Below are positions 6,931-10,793 of a stretch of DNA of 10,793 bases, piece after piece (position 1 is the first letter of the stretch; the number at the start of each line of letters is the position of its first letter). Under the pieces are notes generated by a model that had not been told where the DNA came from, did no database searches, and saw nothing but the letters and a program-made list of their open reading frames with translations. Source of the stretch: Promethearchaeota archaeon (GTDB lineage: Archaea > Asgardarchaeota > Lokiarchaeia > Sigyniarchaeales > SOKP01); the NCBI GenBank assembly GCA_048938025.1, contig JBHLMP010000078.1, forward strand, positions 1-10,793, given 5' to 3'. Made by a program: the position numbers and the translations under genes.

Positions 6931-7998
6931 TTAGAAATTTCTTTTAATAACAAATGTCAATAAATCTTCAAAAAATTCTGATTCGGATTGATTTATCGTA
7001 GATTTTAATTCATCTAATGCATTTTTAGCTTCAATATAGTAAGAATTTGCTAAATTTTTACAAAAATTTGATACATCTGCTTTTATAAACAAATTTTTAA
7101 CTTCTTGCACTTCACTTTGGGTCATATCAGTCTTTCCAATTAACTCATCTAGATATTTTTTATCATTATTTTTCAATTTATTTAACGCCTCTATCAATAA
7201 ACAAGTCTTCTTACCTTCCCTGATATCTCCATCTGTAGGTTTTCCAGTAACTTTTTCGTCTCCAAATGTTCCTAAAATATCATCAATTATTTGAAATATA
7301 ATTCCAAGATTTTTCCCATAAATGGAAAGATGTTTTAAATAATTTTCATCAACCCTAGCATAATTAGCTCCTATTAATATAGATTTTTCAATTAAAGCTC
7401 CGGTTTTAAGTGAAATCATCTCAATATAATCGGACATTGTTAGATTTTTTTTATTCACCATATCCGTTTCAATTAAAACTCCATTAGCAACTTCAATAAA
7501 TGCCTGTTCATAATAGTTAATTGCTTTTAGGTTAATATCTTTCTCAAAATTATTGTGTAAATATGCCTCTAATCCTAAGAAAAAGGCAGTATCACCCCCA
7601 ATTATTCCTATAGAATTACCAAAATCCACATCCATCATTTTTTTCAGATTATATTTTTTATGGTAATTTCGAAATCTGAAATGAAAAGCTGGTTGACCTC
7701 TCCTGAAATCATCTTTATCAATAATATCGTCATGAATTAATGATGCATTATGAAGAAATTCAATCCCTATACTAGGGAATATAATCCTTTCGTCAACATC
7801 GGTATGAAAAGCGTTATATGTAGCAATACAAATTAAAGGACGTATTCTTTTACCTCCTGATAAAAAGTAGTTCTTCAATTCAGAATAATAATCTTTTAAG
7901 AATTTATTTGTCAGACTACTTAATTTTTTATGATAAATTGATTTGATTGCTTCATTAATCTTAGGTATATATTTTTTTGCATATTCAGTAAATTTCAT
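6931..7998 (-). CDS. Trans-polyprenyl diphosphate synthase (IdsA/GGPP synthase family; product chain length uncertain)
   Basis: Motifs GGKRIRP, first Asp-rich motif HNASLIHDDIIDKDDFRRG, LKTG and GIIFQIIDDILGTFGDEKVTGKPTDGDIREGKKT. An RBS-like AAGTGA lies at 8005-8010 on the minus strand. Confidence 0.92.
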   Translation of the reverse strand: MKFTEYAKKYIPKINEAIKSIYHKKLSSLTNKFLKDYYSELKNYFLSGGKRIRPLICIATYNAFHTDVDERIIFPSIGIEFLHNASLIHDDIIDKDDFRRGQPAFHFRFRNYHKKYNLKKMMDVDFGNSIGIIGGDTAFFLGLEAYLHNNFEKDINLKAINYYEQAFIEVANGVLIETDMVNKKNLTMSDYIEMISLKTGALIEKSILIGANYARVDENYLKHLSIYGKNLGIIFQIIDDILGTFGDEKVTGKPTDGDIREGKKTCLLIEALNKLKNNDKKYLDELIGKTDMTQSEVQEVKNLFIKADVSNFCKNLANSYYIEAKNALDELKSTINQSESEFFEDLLTFVIKRNF

Positions 7999-8202
7999 TA
8001 AAAATCACTTTACTTAATTATAAAAATCTATGTTCTACTCATATTATATTACCTTTATTTTTTTCAATTAAAAGTGAATTCAGATTTTCAATATTCTTAA
8101 CTACTAGAAAATTGATTAAATAAGATCTAGGTATCTCAGCAATTATCTTTATGAATCTAATACTATACATCAAAAAATAAAAAATATCCATGTATCTTTT
8201 AA

Positions 8203-10793
8203 TCACCTTATAAAATTAAACTCAAGTTTAATTGTAGCAATAATATATGGTTCCATTGTAATTGCAAGTTCATTTTGGTAAAATTTATTAATATTTGCCT
8301 TGATTTCATTTTTCGGTCTTTCTTCTAAGAAATTAACTATTTCCGCTTCCTGTATAGAAATATCTTTATAAAAAGTCAATTTAGTTTTTTGTAAAAAAGG
8401 AGATATGTTATAAATCCGAATTATTAAGCAATCACCTTTTTCTGATTTTTTTAAAGCACTTAGCATAATATTTTTATTCTCTATTTCAAGAAAACTTAAT
8501 TCACTTGGTAAACAAGGGACTATACTTTTATCTAGAACTCTATTTGAATCAGTTAATAAACCCATTCGTGTTAACATTAATAATTCTGGGTGGTTTAGGG
8601 TTGAAGATAGCATTAATGGAAATATAGGTTTTAAAGGACAATTAAATTCCTTTCCCTTAATGTGGACTTCTGAATCAAACCAATATCTCTTGTAATCTTC
8701 TACAACTAACGATAACTCAAAAGAATAGTTCCCAATACATTGGGCACCAGGAGTCTTAAGACTTGGTCCAGCATCATTTCTTCTAGAATCTAAATCAGGT
8801 CTTGAAAGCCAACCAATACTGCGTAAAAGCGTTATTGCCACTGTAATTGTTCCATCTTCATTCTTTATTGCCTCATATTCTGGTAATCCTCTATTTAATA
8901 TGGAATAACTTTTTGATTCATCATGTAATGCAATAAAATCCTTTTGATGGCTTGTTTTTGATGGCTTTTGCCTCCATTTTTTACCATTTGGTATAGTAAT
9001 ATTTCTAGGGACAATATAAAAATGTCCATCACAAAATACTTTATCTGATATAATTTTCGAAGGGAACAGAACCCTAATTCTATGATCTTTGCATTTATTC
9101 TCCAAATCTATTTTAAAATCTATGCGATTAATACCTTTATATAAAGAAACATAAAGAGTAATGACATTTTCGAAAAGATTTTTTTCTCTTTTTAAACGAT
9201 CTGGTGTTAATGACTCTGGTAAATTCAGGATCATTTTCATTTTTATAGATTTTTGAGAAGGTCCATTTAGGAAGGGAATTAATTCTACGATTTTAGCATC
9301 ATCGGTAGTATATTTTTTGTCTACTTGGTTACGTGTTGGTCCTGAATAATCATATTCATCTCCCCAATCCGCTATATCCTCGAATTGACATACTTTTTCA
9401 AACCATATGTTTCCTTTTTTATCAAGAATATTAATTTGCCCATCATTTTTTACCTCTACTTTATAAAATTCATTTTCAATTGAGTTTTCGCCCAATATAA
9501 AATTAATTTCATTAATAATGTCTTTTTTAGCTGTTTCTTCAAGATTTATATAATATACTTTATAGCCACATGCTGGAACCTCTGCTAAAAATGAGAATTG
9601 ATAACTAATATCAATTTCTCTAGAAAATCTAGGTTCTCCTTGTATAGGGTAATCCTGATATACAATTTCATTATTATCGGAATCTGTTAATTTAAAGTCT
9701 TTAGGAAATTTTTGCTGTAAATTGTTTGCTTTTGAAATAGCATTGAAAATTACAATATCTTTGCGTTTCCATGGTAATGGATTAAAGATTATTAACGCAA
9801 TTCTATTATTTTCTTGTGGTTTGAAATTAATTAAACCAGAAAGATACATAAATGAGTGATTAAATACTTCAATTCCTATTTGTTCCGCCCAGTCAAACCT
9901 TGTTTTCATTTCATTATGAACTTGGTCGATACTACAGCCACAGATAGAATCATGAGGATGATTTTTAATTAGCCATTTTAACCCATTTTGAATATAGGAA
10001 TAAGGATAATTGAATTTTTGAGATTTATCAAGAACCATAGTAATTGCTGAAATTGGTTCAGTATATTTCTCAAATAAATATTCAATCTTTGTATTTCTCT
10101 GCTTTATCCACATTCTAGCAGACAATACTCCAGAGAGGATAGGTGAGTATTTACTACCTCTGAGTTCACCTTCAAAAGATTTTAATTTTGGATTTACTGA
10201 AAGAACTTTATCAATATAATATTCAAAGTCATTTTGCTCCAATAGTATATCAGGATGCAACTCATTCCATTGCTTAACTATTTCAGGAATTTCTGGATAT
10301 GCCTCTCGATGATCTGAACCATTATTAAGTAATACAATTGGAGTTGCTGTATAAATTTCTATGTCGTTCGCTACTCTCTTTATCTTTTCCATTGCCTTTT
10401 TGTACTTTCCATCCTCTAAAATAGTATCTAGATATACCAAAGAGCTATATCCTCTAATTAAATGAATGGCTAAAACTGAAGCTGCATTTCCCGGAGATTC
10501 CCAGATAAATTCCATGTTCAAATTATTCTCTTCAAATTCATTACCAAAACCTCTTTCAAATATAATTGAGGGAATCTCAAAACCGCTTATAATTTGGGGT
10601 AATTGTGCAATATGCCCAAAGGGATCAGGAATATAGGCTGCCTTCATAACTCTCCCGAATTTTTTAGCAATTTGATTCCCAATTAGTAAATTCCGAATCA
10701 GTAATTCACCACTTATTAAAAACTCATCAGGCAATACGTACATTGGACCTATAGAGAGTCTTCTCTCTCTTATATATTTTTTAAGTTCCTCTT
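8203..10793 (-). CDS. Glycoside hydrolase family 38 alpha-mannosidase (MngB/Ams1-like), 5'-truncated by the window edge
   Basis: The frame stays open past ATG 10743 to the edge (EELKKYIRERRLSIGPMYVLPDEFLISGE...). Motifs include nucleophile YIPDPFGH, NGSDH, middle-domain HPHDSICGCSIDQVH, and C-terminal DHRIRVLFP and ITLLRSIGWLS. Confidence 0.92.
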   Translation of the reverse strand, partial: EELKKYIRERRLSIGPMYVLPDEFLISGELLIRNLLIGNQIAKKFGRVMKAAYIPDPFGHIAQLPQIISGFEIPSIIFERGFGNEFEENNLNMEFIWESPGNAASVLAIHLIRGYSSLVYLDTILEDGKYKKAMEKIKRVANDIEIYTATPIVLLNNGSDHREAYPEIPEIVKQWNELHPDILLEQNDFEYYIDKVLSVNPKLKSFEGELRGSKYSPILSGVLSARMWIKQRNTKIEYLFEKYTEPISAITMVLDKSQKFNYPYSYIQNGLKWLIKNHPHDSICGCSIDQVHNEMKTRFDWAEQIGIEVFNHSFMYLSGLINFKPQENNRIALIIFNPLPWKRKDIVIFNAISKANNLQQKFPKDFKLTDSDNNEIVYQDYPIQGEPRFSREIDISYQFSFLAEVPACGYKVYYINLEETAKKDIINEINFILGENSIENEFYKVEVKNDGQINILDKKGNIWFEKVCQFEDIADWGDEYDYSGPTRNQVDKKYTTDDAKIVELIPFLNGPSQKSIKMKMILNLPESLTPDRLKREKNLFENVITLYVSLYKGINRIDFKIDLENKCKDHRIRVLFPSKIISDKVFCDGHFYIVPRNITIPNGKKWRQKPSKTSHQKDFIALHDESKSYSILNRGLPEYEAIKNEDGTITVAITLLRSIGWLSRPDLDSRRNDAGPSLKTPGAQCIGNYSFELSLVVEDYKRYWFDSEVHIKGKEFNCPLKPIFPLMLSSTLNHPELLMLTRMGLLTDSNRVLDKSIVPCLPSELSFLEIENKNIMLSALKKSEKGDCLIIRIYNISPFLQKTKLTFYKDISIQEAEIVNFLEERPKNEIKANINKFYQNELAITMEPYIIATIKLEFNFIR

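Noticed and set aside
4677-8086. Shared 8-mer AATCTGAA (minus strand) upstream of ubiX (4677-4684) and the prenyl synthase (8079-8086) as a common operator
   Set aside because: It is short and AT-rich, sits at different distances from the two starts, and also occurs inside the prenyl synthase coding sequence near 7643-7650, so chance is likely.
10741-10743. ORF-track start (ATG) for the GH38 gene
   Set aside because: This Met is internal to the GPMY motif. The frame is open to the right edge and the GH38 N-terminal HxD metal motif is not in the window.
1-10793. CRISPR arrays, tRNA/rRNA/structured ncRNA, transposases or integrases
   Set aside because: The intergenic gaps are short and very AT-rich with no spaced repeats or GC-rich stems, and no ORF shows mobile-element motifs.

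Overview
AT-rich archaeal window, most likely from an Asgard archaeon (Lokiarchaeia-like; inferred from the archaeal-type enzymes, GTGA-type ribosome-binding sites and a Loki-CTERM-like surface protein). Most of it is an isoprenoid gene cluster for the 'archaeal' (Aeropyrum-type) modified mevalonate pathway. A tightly coupled + strand operon encodes the phosphomevalonate dehydratase (AcnX type II) large subunit (cut by the left edge) and small subunit, mevalonate kinase, and one 630-aa fusion of isopentenyl phosphate kinase (IPK) with type 2 IPP isomerase (IDI-2). A convergent ubiX flavin prenyltransferase follows, then a 661-aa predicted cell-surface glycoprotein, a trans-prenyl diphosphate synthase, and a GH38 alpha-mannosidase cut by the right edge. 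The most notable points are the IPK-IDI2 fusion, a mevalonate kinase that appears to resemble the trypanosomatid type, non-canonical active-site motifs in the IDI-2 domain and the prenyl synthase, and a nidogen-like domain plus internal repeats in the surface protein. I saw no RNA genes, CRISPR arrays or mobile elements. All family comparisons come from recalled motifs, not database searches.
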